From a virus (Duplodnaviria > Caudoviricetes), in the IMG/VR virus record IMGVR_UViG_3300021255_002076, positions 7,148 to 71,147 of that record: a stretch of 64,000 nucleotides of DNA, one strand, 5' to 3'. The position numbers and the translations under genes were made by a program. Below are positions 50,341 to 60,263 of this stretch, one piece after another; the stretch's first letter is position 1; the number at the start of each line of letters is the position of its first letter. The notes below the pieces were generated by a model. The model was not told the origin of the DNA and did not search any database. It saw nothing but the letters and a program-made list of their open reading frames with translations.

Positions 50341-50385
50341 TCTCCAAAACCGTAGGCCGAGGGTTCGAAGCCTTCTTCCCCTGCT
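50341..50385 (+). mobile_element. attP core: 3' half of tRNA-Trp(CCA)
   Basis: CTCCAAA anticodon loop, ACCGT, GAGGG-TTCGAAG-CCTTC T arm and TTCCCCTG acceptor strand. No 5' half is present; it lies next to the integrase. Confidence 0.75.
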
Positions 50386-50390
50386 CCTAA

Positions 50391-50435
50391 AAGTTCTCAG
50401 ATCTGCTTGAAACGGTAGGATCTGGGAACTTTTTT
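50391..50435. terminator. Terminator following the tRNA 3' fragment (possibly bidirectional)
   Basis: AAGTTCTCAGATC...GATCTGGGAACTT followed by a T-tract. Confidence 0.65.
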
Positions 50436-50530
50436 CGCTCCTATGGTTACAAATTATTTTTATTTGTTACCATAATTGAAGTGAATTTACAGACCTTTAG
50501 TATCAAATTGTTTCGAATTAGTATAAGTTG

Positions 50531-50577
50531 CGTGCCATTTACGTGCCACTTTTCCTGTCACGTGCCAAAACGTGCCA
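50531..50577 (+). repeat. Integrase arm-type sites (CGTGCCA x4; related CGTGACA/TGTCACG at 50239-50275)
   Basis: Direct repeats at 50531, 50542, 50561 and 50571, with related sites on the other side of the core. Confidence 0.6.
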
Positions 50578-50609
50578 CGTTTTTACCCTTATGGATAAGG
50601 GTAAATTTT

Positions 50610-51707
50610 TTAAACAGACAGTCTCATCTGCGGAGAGCTCAGCTTTATTGCGGTGGACTCCAGCTGCTGGGATGCAATGTAATCTGCATATACATCCATT
50701 GTCATGTCCGAAGTTGCATGGCCCATCAGGTACTGAACTTCTTTCGGAGTTATACCACTGGCCAGACATCTGGTACAGAACGTATGCCGGAGCTGATGGG
50801 GGTGCACGTGGAAATCCAGAGTCTTCTCAATGTAATCGCCTGTAGACGGACCTCCGATTGTACGGTAGTCTATCAGTTTCCACATGCTGCGGAAGGAACC
50901 CTCTGACAAGTAAGATCCGTTATGCATTGCGAACACATAGACGGACTTTGTTTTTCTCTTCAGATCCTTCAGTACTTCAATAACTTCCGGAGACATCGGG
51001 ATCACTCGGCGGGATGCTTCTGTCTTCAGCAGATTATTGATGACGCCGTTCTTATTGGAGTCAAGATAAACCACGCTGCGTTCGATCTTCATCCGCTTAT
51101 TCTCGAAGTCGATGTCCTTCCACATCAGACCAAGGGCTTCGCCTTTTCTCAATCCGCAGAAGAGGAGTACCACCAGAAACGGATATATCCTCGTGCCCTT
51201 CGTTGCCGTAAGAAGTTTTGTGCACTGCTCATCCGTCAGGGCTTTAACCTTTTCTGGCTTATCCGCTGTCGGCTTCTTGTTGTGCGTTGGAGACTTCGGG
51301 ATGATATCGTTCTCAATCGCCTTATCGAAGATCTGGCCAGCATAGGACAGGATCTTCTTCTGGGTGGACACGCTGAGATGGGAATTGTGTCTCAGCAGTT
51401 TATCGATGTGCGCTGGTTTGATCTGGCGGATTTTCATTTGCCCAAGCTCGGGGATCAGATATCTTCTGAAGATGCCTTCTGTTGTTTCCTTTGTACGGTC
51501 ATGCAGCCTACGCTGGGATTTGTAATCTTCGAGATAGGCCTCAGCCATTTCCCGGAAGGTGACATCATTACCGATGTCCCAGCCGCCTGCTATAAGAAGC
51601 CTTGCTTTGTCTCTCTTTTCCTCAGCCTCCTTCAGAGTCTTTCCAGAGAAGTACTGTCGCTTCCCGTTTGGAAGTGTGATAGATACACGGAATCTATCCG
51701 TTGCCAT
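50610..51707 (-). CDS. int: Tyrosine integrase
   Basis: GLRKGEAL, HQLRHT and MGH...MTMDVY catalytic motifs; ATG 51707 has a GAGGA SD. Confidence 0.92.
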   Translation of the reverse strand: MATDRFRVSITLPNGKRQYFSGKTLKEAEEKRDKARLLIAGGWDIGNDVTFREMAEAYLEDYKSQRRLHDRTKETTEGIFRRYLIPELGQMKIRQIKPAHIDKLLRHNSHLSVSTQKKILSYAGQIFDKAIENDIIPKSPTHNKKPTADKPEKVKALTDEQCTKLLTATKGTRIYPFLVVLLFCGLRKGEALGLMWKDIDFENKRMKIERSVVYLDSNKNGVINNLLKTEASRRVIPMSPEVIEVLKDLKRKTKSVYVFAMHNGSYLSEGSFRSMWKLIDYRTIGGPSTGDYIEKTLDFHVHPHQLRHTFCTRCLASGITPKEVQYLMGHATSDMTMDVYADYIASQQLESTAIKLSSPQMRLSV

Positions 51708-51771
51708 TTGTATTATCCTCCTAGTCATATCAGATGTCCTCGAAGGTAATACAAGAGATTTATACGCTCTC

Positions 51772-51800
51772 ATATTACCATAGGACAACGGTCTATTCAA
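51772..51800 (-). promoter_or_regulatory. Putative int promoter
   Basis: TTGAAT-N17-TAATAT on the minus strand. Confidence 0.45.
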
Positions 51801-51816
51801 GTCGGAAAATGTCTAC

Positions 51817-53784
51817 TTATTTTCTCCTCTGACGGGAAAAGACTTGCAGAGTTCCCTTTGATGACCGGGCTGTTGTATGCCTTATTCCATCTATCTTTTC
51901 GAGAAGAGGCTCCATACCAGAGAGCTTCATTCCTATTTTTGTTGCGGTGTCTTCCTCATAATCAAGATAGTTCTCCGCAGAAAAGGACTTAACGAAGGTA
52001 ATCAGATCCGAGGCGGATACTTTCCAAACCACGGGGCCATCCTCCGTCTCTTCTTCAATTTCATCCAGATGGTATTTAATAGTCTTAACGACGGGATCTA
52101 GACGATACGATTCTTCCTCTTTACTTTCCCGGACTTCCTGTTCTCGACCGAGTTTCTCCCAACGATAGGTTACATTGTTGAATGACATCACGTACGTTTG
52201 TGGCTTGACATCACGCCCTGTGATTTCGAGCTTAGCTTCGGCGTCGTCCCATTTTTTCTTGGACATACCAAAGACGTAGTCCGCTGCACCGGCAGTACCA
52301 TTTGTACCGCTCACGTTTCCGATCAGATCATTGGGGTCAATAATTTTTCTAGTGTGGTGAACGAGGAGAATTGAAATGTCGCGCTTCAAAGCAAACTTCT
52401 GTATCCGACCAGTTTCAGAATAGTCGTGCTGATAAGCTCCTTCATTCCGCTTTGCCTGACCTCGGATTTTCTGGAAGGTATCTATCACCACAAGCTTTAT
52501 CTCAGGGTGCTGTTTCATCTGATCGTCGATATCATCAAACAACCCATCATCCAAGCTCGGCGCTTCCTCTGAATGGAAGAAGAGGTCGAGGCCATCACGA
52601 TCTCCCGCAACCTGGTTCATACGCTCCTGGAGTCTTCGGTCATTATCCTCAAGGGCGTAGTACAGAACTCCTGCCTTCATAGTTTTCTTCCCGAAGAACT
52701 CCGTTCCCGTTGCAACAGAAATCGCCAGGTCCAAAGCAAACCAGGACTTACCGAATTTAGGAGGAGCAACTACGAAGCCCATACCGGGGGACACCATGTC
52801 CTCCACCAGATACACAGCAGGTTTTATGTAGCGGTTTCGCAGCTGCTCACCGTTCTCAAGTACGCGCCCTATCTTAACACGGCTAGACCTTACTTCGCCG
52901 AGATCGCCAAAGTCTGTCTCTCCCGTTCTCGCCTCGAACGGAATCGGATCGCCCTTCTTATACCGACTTGCCGAATGAGCGATTGTCTTCAGCTCCTGCT
53001 CCGGAAGAGGAGACTCAAGCCGATCCTCACTAAACACACGGAGCATCTTAAGGATCGTATCCTCGTCCATCCCTTGTTCACGCAGGCTGGAAGCAAAAGA
53101 GAATGTAGCACGGTTTCTGCCGCCTTCCGGAATTCTATTCTCAGAATCAGAATCTTCCGACTTCGTAGGTTCTTTTACTACCGGGGCCACATAGTCTACA
53201 TCGACTTCGACATCCTCCAGAATTGAATCGACGTCAAGCGGCTCAGACCCTCCCTGCCAGTACTGATAATCGGCGTCCATAGAAACTGACGGCCAGAACA
53301 TCAATCGTTCCGGCTGGTCAGTTGTTTCGTCCAGGGTCTCCGCCCCGACATATCCGCTTACATATCTTACGAGGTATGGGTACTCCTCAGGAGTAACAGG
53401 CCTGCTCAGAAGAAACAACCAGCGGAGTCGTGGGGCTTCCACTGTACTCGTGTGCGTAGTATGACAGAAGTAAATCCATGGTTCCCCATAGAAGTTAAAG
53501 TCCTCGATATCATGAGTGGTAGCATCGTCTGCGTCAATGGTCAGCACATATCGATTCTTTAAAAGAATCTTTGCGCGTTTCCCATACTCAAATTCTCCGG
53601 CGACATATCCACCACAGTCTTTCGCCTCCGTGCGATCTTCATTCGACATGGCTTTGTACTCATCAAGAGACTCGTCAGTAATGACAGGAGTCTTAAGTTT
53701 TTCTACAAAGTCATCCCACGCAATTCGACGAACCGAGCCTAATGGATTCCGACGATTTTTGAATTCTGTTATTACAATATCCAT
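51817..53784 (-). CDS. Primase-helicase (prim-pol-like + PriCT + AAA_25/RepA-like helicase)
   Basis: DADD and HTTH motifs, PriCT-like GGRNRATF...LPEQELKTI, Walker A APPKFGKS and Walker B VVIDT. Confidence 0.8.
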   Translation of the reverse strand: MDIVITEFKNRRNPLGSVRRIAWDDFVEKLKTPVITDESLDEYKAMSNEDRTEAKDCGGYVAGEFEYGKRAKILLKNRYVLTIDADDATTHDIEDFNFYGEPWIYFCHTTHTSTVEAPRLRWLFLLSRPVTPEEYPYLVRYVSGYVGAETLDETTDQPERLMFWPSVSMDADYQYWQGGSEPLDVDSILEDVEVDVDYVAPVVKEPTKSEDSDSENRIPEGGRNRATFSFASSLREQGMDEDTILKMLRVFSEDRLESPLPEQELKTIAHSASRYKKGDPIPFEARTGETDFGDLGEVRSSRVKIGRVLENGEQLRNRYIKPAVYLVEDMVSPGMGFVVAPPKFGKSWFALDLAISVATGTEFFGKKTMKAGVLYYALEDNDRRLQERMNQVAGDRDGLDLFFHSEEAPSLDDGLFDDIDDQMKQHPEIKLVVIDTFQKIRGQAKRNEGAYQHDYSETGRIQKFALKRDISILLVHHTRKIIDPNDLIGNVSGTNGTAGAADYVFGMSKKKWDDAEAKLEITGRDVKPQTYVMSFNNVTYRWEKLGREQEVRESKEEESYRLDPVVKTIKYHLDEIEEETEDGPVVWKVSASDLITFVKSFSAENYLDYEEDTATKIGMKLSGMEPLLEKIDGIRHTTARSSKGTLQVFSRQRRK

Positions 53785-53790
53785 CAGGCA

Positions 53791-54958
53791 TCACTCCTGA
53801 TTCATACTAAGATAATCTATTGCTCCTTCTCCGTAGTCCCGCTGTATCCGGTACATAGAGACAAACATATTAAACCCGCAATTCTCACAGTGTCTGGGCC
53901 GTGGGCAGCATACACCAGAGTTGTAATAGCATACGTCCTCGTAATCGAATTCCCCGACCCACGATTCATCGATCGGATACTTTTCCAAATTTTTTAAGTC
54001 CTGTGTATCCATCTATCTCCAACCATTTCTGTAAATTCTTCAGACCCCTGGCGGCCTTCTCCGCTCTCTCATCCGCAGCAGCCACCTTCTTCTCTAACAA
54101 TATTCGCTCCTCATCCATGATCTCCATCATCCGACGCAAGCGAACATTCTCAGAAAGAAGAAGGTATGTATTGTTAAAGTCAACCTGGCGTTCATCGAGT
54201 TCCTTCCGAAGCCGTTTGTTTTCTTTCTGAAGTTCCCGGAGGTCCATCTCCAGCTGGGATGCTACTCCTATTTTTTGTCTAGCCACTATGCGTTCCTCGA
54301 TAGCCACACATTTTCCGGATGCGTCTTCTTCATCCACTTAAGAGCAAGATTACCAGAGACACCTGTCTTCCTGGCAAGTTCCTCACTCGATATGTCCGGA
54401 GTATAGGCCTTCTTAAGCTTATGCATCACTACCATGTTTACTTGCCTTGGTCGATACCCAGCGATGATGGATCGCAGACCGGAAAAATTAGTAGCGAATT
54501 TCTCGCAATCCTCTGTAGCTGCGCATCCTCTCGGGGTCCCCATGATAAGCATATAGTCACAAGTATCCGTGATAGGGGCGTAGAACACACAATCAAAATG
54601 CTTACACATATTTAGGATCCTCCTCTTCTTTTACCCGCCAGTATTCATCCAGCAGTTCTTGTAAATATCTGGCTGCTGTACCGGGGGCATAGGTAACAAT
54701 GTCTGCAAGATAACTCCCTCGGGGTATCCAGTGTATATCGTCCCCATCCTTTGAATAGATGTGTGTGCCAGCAATAAACGGATAGAACATAACCAGATCG
54801 GAGGGCTTCTCAATTCGAACAGGACGATCATCCCCACCATATGAATAAAAGATCTCTGCACCTAAACGCTTATAGCATTCATACGGAGTCTCACTAGGCT
54901 CACAAGCGATCATACCGAACCAATCATACAGATCGCATTTACCGCTGAACTTACTCAT
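53791..54958 (-). CDS. Four small hypothetical ORFs (53791-54012, 53966-54337, 54286-54609, 54602-54958)
   Basis: Overlapping start/stop arrangement; two are Cys-rich. Confidence 0.5.
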
Positions 54959-55101
54959 ATTCTTTCAACACCTCTGCAATCATCTTCGGAACATCCTTTC
55001 GCCGGATGTTCCGTTCAACTACTTTTCCGTCAACTAGGATCTTGAACTTATCACCAGGCTCTGGGAGAAGCTCAAGCTTTCCATACCCCTGATGCTGTCG
55101 T

Positions 55102-55410
55102 TCACTCAACGACTACCACCTCTGCGGATTCCGCTTTCTCCAGTTGGAGCTCTCCACCGCAGGCTGCATACCCGGCGAGATCCACCCAGTTATCGGTTTT
55201 TGCATGGCCGGATGCGATCCTCGCAATCTTTAACAGGGCGAGCATAGCCGCAACATCCTTGCCATCAAGAAGCCACGTACCTTTACGGCCAATGTAGACA
55301 TTCCAGAAATTTGCAATTGCCATGAAGTTCGATTCCGGAGAGCCGTAATCTTCCTCACGATCACCATTAACACAGCTATTTGCTTTGGTGAGAATCTCTT
55401 TTCTTGTCAT
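55102..55410 (-). CDS. DUF6378-like protein
   Basis: DREEDYGSPESNF...LKIAR...DNWVDLAGYAAC pattern. Confidence 0.65.
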   Translation of the reverse strand: MTRKEILTKANSCVNGDREEDYGSPESNFMAIANFWNVYIGRKGTWLLDGKDVAAMLALLKIARIASGHAKTDNWVDLAGYAACGGELQLEKAESAEVVVVE

Positions 55411-55431
55411 ATATCAAGTACCTCTTTCTTA

Positions 55432-55836
55432 TTATCCGTGGTTGTTATCGGTCATCGTAAAGATCGGCAGTGCCTCTGGCATGAATTCGATTTCATATTT
55501 GTAAGGAGATACATCCGCGCCGCTGAGGTCTTCTACTACATAGGCCGTCCAGTTATTATTACGGATGCCGCAGATCATATCCTTCTTATAGGTTCCGTCT
55601 GCAAGCTTGGAAATAATGTTCAGATCTCCGTCTCCATCATAACTAATCGAAGCCATCCCGGTGACTTGTAGCAGTACAGTGTTATCGCGGAGGTTCATAA
55701 CCGTTACTCGTCTCATCACGTTGAAGTTGTCAGCTTCCTTACTCACATTGTACGATACGCGGGCGCTCTCTCTACATCCTGCTAAGCACAGGCACAGTAA
55801 AAATACGGCAACCAAACATATTAATTTTCTTGTCAT
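55432..55836 (-). CDS. Phage lipoprotein (beta-sandwich type)
   Basis: Lipobox LAGC; VSYNVSKEADNFNVMRR. Confidence 0.6.
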   Translation of the reverse strand: MTRKLICLVAVFLLCLCLAGCRESARVSYNVSKEADNFNVMRRVTVMNLRDNTVLLQVTGMASISYDGDGDLNIISKLADGTYKKDMICGIRNNNWTAYVVEDLSGADVSPYKYEIEFMPEALPIFTMTDNNHG

Positions 55837-56300
55837 CTATTCAGTACCTCTTCTTTATATTTTCCAGTTTCATTCACCCAGGTAGCACATGCTTCGAGGG
55901 CTTTGTTGTGGTCATAGTATAACTTCCGTTGGGAGAGTTCTTGCTTATCCCGCAGTAGCAGAAGGATCATATCCCAGCTCGTACCCATGATGTACCTTCT
56001 CCAGAGGATGTCCCTATAATAGTCGTCGATCTCAGCGTCCTTTAGGAACTGCTTGACTACTTTGCGCTTCTCTCTGACAATCTCCTCCCACCGATGCAGA
56101 CTAGTCTCAGCATCCCCGAGATTCGCAAGAGTTGCATCCCGGTCAGAACCTCCGCCACCTGGCATTCCTGTTATTGCCGTCGTAGTCTTCGTTGCTGCTT
56201 CATACAGCGATAGGTATTTGTTTCGCTGATCTTCAGAAAGGGACGAAAAGAGTAGCGCAGATTCTAAGAAGGATCTTACAACTTCTGCACTAACTCCCAT
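55833..56300 (-). CDS. RinA/ArpU-like transcriptional regulator
   Basis: C-terminal RDILWRRYIMGTSW...LYYDHNKALE helix-turn-helix pattern. Confidence 0.5.
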   Translation of the reverse strand: MGVSAEVVRSFLESALLFSSLSEDQRNKYLSLYEAATKTTTAITGMPGGGGSDRDATLANLGDAETSLHRWEEIVREKRKVVKQFLKDAEIDDYYRDILWRRYIMGTSWDMILLLLRDKQELSQRKLYYDHNKALEACATWVNETGKYKEEVLNR

Positions 56301-56767
56301 AAATGTCGTTCTCCTTCTTCACCCCAGAAATGAAATGCGCGGTCATCAATAAACAGATGGGCAATTACCTTGCGAGGATTCTGCCCCGTATTCTGTATAG
56401 TTTCCGGGACATTGTTGTTGATAGCATCGAACTTTAGACCCTGGTTTCCACACCACTCTACCGCCTCATCCAGATAATGACCCTCTCTGGAAGTCCATAG
56501 GATCAGCTTAACTCCCATGGTCTGAGCCAGCTTTAGGAGCTCAATTAGGTTGACATTCGGTTTCCCAATATTCGGCCAAGCCCCTCCAGTAGTAAGCGTC
56601 CCGTCGAAGTCGATCGCCCATATCTGAGTTTTCTTCTCCACCTTTTTTTCCTTTTCTTTTTCGCGCTTTTCTTTTTTCTTCTGTGCCTGAGCCATCAGCT
56701 TCAACCCCTGGATCACCGCAGGGTTCGTCGAGTTGATCACGTAATTCGGCGCTGCTGTCTTTTGCAT
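56276..56767 (-). CDS. HAD-superfamily phosphatase (PNK phosphatase-like)
   Basis: AIDFDGT, ILWTSR and FIDDRA motifs; start uncertain. Confidence 0.7.
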   Translation of the reverse strand: MQKTAAPNYVINSTNPAVIQGLKLMAQAQKKKEKREKEKEKKVEKKTQIWAIDFDGTLTTGGAWPNIGKPNVNLIELLKLAQTMGVKLILWTSREGHYLDEAVEWCGNQGLKFDAINNNVPETIQNTGQNPRKVIAHLFIDDRAFHFWGEEGERHLWELVQKL

Positions 56768-56984
56768 TCTGCTCCTCCATGTATTCTTTATATTCATTGT
56801 GATACCAAGCAAGGACTTCTTCTTCCTTTAAATGCCTAAACCAATAAAGGACTGCCATGTCTTCGGTATAGAACCTGGGGTAGTCATCCATGTACATGGC
56901 CATCGCTACCCACTCCGGACCGAAGCCGTATTCCACCGGATTTGTGCCATTGTGTTTTTCATATAGTTTTATATCCGGATACAT
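56541..56984 (-). CDS. Hypothetical protein
   Basis: Likely start MYPDIK after GGAGG; its C-terminus overlaps the HAD gene. Confidence 0.35.
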   Translation of the reverse strand: MYPDIKLYEKHNGTNPVEYGFGPEWVAMAMYMDDYPRFYTEDMAVLYWFRHLKEEEVLAWYHNEYKEYMEEQNAKDSSAELRDQLDEPCGDPGVEADGSGTEEKRKARKRKGKKGGEENSDMGDRLRRDAYYWRGLAEYWETECQPN

Positions 56985-57558
56985 CCACAAACCTCCAATG
57001 TAGTTTTCCTGCCGTACGTCGTTGCCCGTTACAGCATTTCGATATACTCTTTCTGTTTGTTCCTGTCTGTCTACCTGCCTCGGATATACAGCGGAACACT
57101 TCTCCTGTCTCGACACACTGCACCGGCTTATTAGTAGGCATGTTCTCACTTATCTTTTTTCTTGTAGCTGGAGCGATAGGAGTATGCCGATTGTGCGCCG
57201 CTTCCGATAGTTTCTTCCGTACTTCCTCTGATTGGCTATTCCAGGATAACCCACCATCCGCTATGTTGTATCCACCGTGCGCATGGTCCTGTGTTTCAAG
57301 GGAAGCTATGTAGTACGTCTCCAAGAGATTGGCGGTGTCGATATCCACACCCTCTGCTATGATTTCGGTCTCAATATTATCCCAACCATACTTCTCAATA
57401 GCTGCGGTCATGTACCGATTGTGCGGATACCCTCGTCTGATTCTCTCTACTAACGGTAGGGAAGTGATACCTATATAGGATTTGCCGCTCGGTGCAGTGT
57501 GCTTATAAACTGTGTACGTGTCAGCCAATCTCTTGCAAGGCCTCTTGTACGGAATCAT
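56959..57558 (-). CDS. Free-standing GIY-YIG homing endonuclease with NUMOD C-terminus
   Basis: VYKHT...YIGIT, LETYYI...GYN and KPVQCVETGEVF...SISKCC. Confidence 0.8.
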   Translation of the reverse strand: MIPYKRPCKRLADTYTVYKHTAPSGKSYIGITSLPLVERIRRGYPHNRYMTAAIEKYGWDNIETEIIAEGVDIDTANLLETYYIASLETQDHAHGGYNIADGGLSWNSQSEEVRKKLSEAAHNRHTPIAPATRKKISENMPTNKPVQCVETGEVFRCISEAGRQTGTNRKSISKCCNGQRRTAGKLHWRFVDVSGYKTI

Positions 57559-57910
57559 ACCTGTTCTTCACACGCTGATATTCTTCATCAAGATCTTCCC
57601 AAAGATCCCCGGACCACCCACCATCTACATAGTGATAGGTGTGGCCCTCTTCTATCTCGCTTGGAAGAAAAGAACCGTAGGAGGATTCAACAAAATCAAA
57701 GAGGAGTCTCGCTGCTTGTGCATCAACTATGTGAATATAAGAGGCTTCGTTAAAGACTTCCTCTAAATCATCCATATCGAATAGATCTAAGTCTTCATCG
57801 AATACAAGTACACTATCTGTATTCCTATATACCGCCTCATATGCAAGGCATTCTTCCTCGGTATCAAACTCCGTACCATCATCAGATCTATATGTCGTTA
57901 TTATTTCCAT
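57521..57910 (-). CDS. Hypothetical protein
   Basis: Acidic 129-aa ORF; YRSDDGTEFDTEEECLAYE. Confidence 0.55.
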   Translation of the reverse strand: MEIITTYRSDDGTEFDTEEECLAYEAVYRNTDSVLVFDEDLDLFDMDDLEEVFNEASYIHIVDAQAARLLFDFVESSYGSFLPSEIEEGHTYHYVDGGWSGDLWEDLDEEYQRVKNRYDSVQEALQEIG

Positions 57911-59282
57911 GTTTTATATATCCTTTCAATGCATCCAGTAAGGACTTCTGTGTAGCATCTTTACTTTGTAAAACTCGCAGTACCTTATCATCTAATGTAT
58001 CATCACATATAATATGGTGGACAATCACCGGATGCTCCTGGCCTTGCCTATGAAGCCGTGCAATTGATTGCTGGTAATTCTCAAGAGAAAAAGGGAGACC
58101 GAACCACACCATGATGTGTGATCCTTCCTGTAGATTGATCCCGTACCCGGCTGAGGCTGGATGGCAAAGGAGCATTGGTATCTCACCGTTGTTCCACTGC
58201 TCGATATCCGCGCTGCCTTTCAACACTACTGCCTCCGGATGCCGTTTCAGAATCCGTTCCAGGTCGTGCTTGTAAGAATAGAACACCAGTAGTGGCTGGC
58301 TCTGTGAAGCCTCTACGATTTCGTCAAGTGCATCAAGCTTCTGATCGTGGAGCCAGAACACTCCTCCGCTGTCGTCGTAGACCGCTCCGTTTGCCATCTG
58401 TAACAACTTCCCGGAGAGCGTGGCCGCTGTCTCCCCAATAACTGCGGAGTCCATGGTATCGATTGATCCCAGCTTGCTCTCGAGAAGAGGCAGGACTTTA
58501 TCATTTTTAAACTGCTCATATACTTTTCTTTCTTTAGCTGTCATCCTCACCCTTACCTCATTAAAGGTAATAGGCGGCATGCTCAGCCAATCCGTTTTGC
58601 TCATCGATAAACAGGTAGAGGAGAGACGAGAATCTATATTCGCTTTTGCTCCCGGCTTAAGTAGATACTCGTAAACGATGTGTCCCTTATGCGCACCCAC
58701 ATTAAAATACTTGCTACGATATTGGCCGATCGTTTTACCGAGCGCCTCTCCTCCATCTATTAGAAACATCTCAGCCCAAAGGTCCATGTACCCATTCGCC
58801 GCAGGGGTTCCTGTCAGACCCCAAACGTAATCGGATAACTTAATCACTGTACGAAGCCTCCGAAACCGCTTGGCTTGCGCAGACTTGAAGCTGGACAATT
58901 CATCTATAATCACCAGGTCGAATGGCCATCTACCGGACAGGCTTTCAACAAGCCATTGGACATTCTCCCGGTTTATGACATAGATATCTGCGTCTCGCTT
59001 GAGGGCGGCTGTTCGTTCTTTGGCAGAGCCAAGTACTTTCTCAATCCTTAGGCTTTGAAGATGATCCCACTTAGAACACTCCCGGGTCCACGTATCTTCT
59101 GCAACGCGCTTGGGAGCTATCACTAAAACCTTTTCTACCTTAAAGTCATCGATCAATTCCCTCGCTACGGTCAGAGCTGTTACCGTTTTTCCAAGGCCCA
59201 TATCAAGGAACAATGCGCATCGCTTGTGGGTCCTTAGGAAATCCATTGATATGAGTTGATGTGGCTTAGGCTCGAACTTCAT
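57888..59282 (-). CDS. SNF2-family helicase
   Basis: DMGLGKT, IIDELS, LTGTP, HPASAGYGINLQ and QSIARLHRQGQ. Confidence 0.9.
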   Translation of the reverse strand: MKFEPKPHQLISMDFLRTHKRCALFLDMGLGKTVTALTVARELIDDFKVEKVLVIAPKRVAEDTWTRECSKWDHLQSLRIEKVLGSAKERTAALKRDADIYVINRENVQWLVESLSGRWPFDLVIIDELSSFKSAQAKRFRRLRTVIKLSDYVWGLTGTPAANGYMDLWAEMFLIDGGEALGKTIGQYRSKYFNVGAHKGHIVYEYLLKPGAKANIDSRLSSTCLSMSKTDWLSMPPITFNEVRVRMTAKERKVYEQFKNDKVLPLLESKLGSIDTMDSAVIGETAATLSGKLLQMANGAVYDDSGGVFWLHDQKLDALDEIVEASQSQPLLVFYSYKHDLERILKRHPEAVVLKGSADIEQWNNGEIPMLLCHPASAGYGINLQEGSHIMVWFGLPFSLENYQQSIARLHRQGQEHPVIVHHIICDDTLDDKVLRVLQSKDATQKSLLDALKGYIKHGNNNDI

Positions 59283-59529
59283 TCTTTACAATCTCTCGGT
59301 ATCGTGCCTCGAGCTTTTCCTTTCGTGACTTTCTGTTTTCTTTCCGTTCATCCCGCTTTGCCCATAGCCGATGTTCATCACATCGTTGCAAAGCATCGCA
59401 GTGATATGTCAGACAATGACGTGCTTTCATTTGCTTCGGTGTCAGGTACAGTCTGTGCTTCCAGCAGAAGGCACAGACGTTATTACTTTCTGAACCCCAG
59501 AACGTACGTTTCATATCCTGTTCATCCAT
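59266..59529 (-). CDS. Hypothetical Cys/His protein
   Basis: CAFCWKH...HCLTYHC. Confidence 0.5.
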   Translation of the reverse strand: MDEQDMKRTFWGSESNNVCAFCWKHRLYLTPKQMKARHCLTYHCDALQRCDEHRLWAKRDERKENRKSRKEKLEARYREIVKNEVRA

Positions 59530-59864
59530 GGCTCGACAAGCTCCTTTCGCCTTTCTTTAGACAAGTTCCTCATTGGTGGAAGCCTAAGTTTTTTCCGAGA
59601 CAGAGTTACAGAGTTAGTTGCCTTTCCCAGTATGGCCGCAATGTCTTGATCTTTCTCCGCCGTGGCATAGTAACGAATGACTACCTTGTCACTCTCATTC
59701 AGCGGCGCTTTATAATTAGGGCGGATATTATCCTGCTCCTGTCTTTCCGGAAGGTCATCGTAATAAGCAATACCTTGAAGACAGTTTATGCACTCGGAAT
59801 ACGGGCAGGTCAGACAGTACTGAATCCTATCAATAGAATCGCCATACTGTTCCCGATTCTCAAT
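59511..59864 (-). CDS. ORF missing from the track; paralogue of 59886-60263 with a probable ATT start
   Basis: Hand translation gives CLTCPYSECINC...VIRYYAT...LRLPP. No in-frame ATG/GTG/TTG near the 5' end; AAGGA precedes ATT. Confidence 0.6.
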   Translation of the reverse strand: MENREQYGDSIDRIQYCLTCPYSECINCLQGIAYYDDLPERQEQDNIRPNYKAPLNESDKVVIRYYATAEKDQDIAAILGKATNSVTLSRKKLRLPPMRNLSKERRKELVEPWMNRI

Positions 59865-59885
59865 TGCTTTTCCTTTTACCCCAAC

Positions 59886-60263
59886 TTAACCATCTCCTGT
59901 TCCATACAGCTTGTTCATTCTGTCCTTAACTTCCGTCGCCATCCGTTCTCGAATGTGTGGAGGGTTGCGTCGTAAAGGCGGAAGACCAAGATTCAATCTT
60001 GCTTGAGTCACAGAGCCAACCCTGAATTTTGAATGACTTGCCATGTCCTTATCATCAACCGACGTTGCATAGTACTGAAGTACTAACTGCTCCACTGGGG
60101 ATATGCCCTTCTTCGGTCGGCCACCATGGTTCCGTCTCATCGTCCTCTTACCGCTTGGAGTTCCTTGCTTGCTCCTGACGTCAAGGCAATTAACACATTT
60201 AGGGAGCGGACAGTTCAGACACATGTTGATCATCTCGGTATTATCGCCAACAATAAATGCCAT
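59886..60263 (-). CDS. CxxC-CxxC + HTH-like protein
   Basis: CLNCPLPKCVNC...VLQYYAT...LGLPP. Confidence 0.6.
   Translation of the reverse strand: MAFIVGDNTEMINMCLNCPLPKCVNCLDVRSKQGTPSGKRTMRRNHGGRPKKGISPVEQLVLQYYATSVDDKDMASHSKFRVGSVTQARLNLGLPPLRRNPPHIRERMATEVKDRMNKLYGTGDG

Noticed and set aside
50341-50385. Functional tRNA-Trp gene
   Set aside because: The 5' half is missing, so it is better explained as an att core.
56541-56812. Programmed frameshift fusing the 56984 ORF to the HAD phosphatase
   Set aside because: An overlap and A-rich tract exist, but a later HAD start explains them equally well.
56959-57558. Group I intron around the GIY-YIG gene
   Set aside because: The flanking ORFs look complete and overlap it directly; no split gene or intron core seen.
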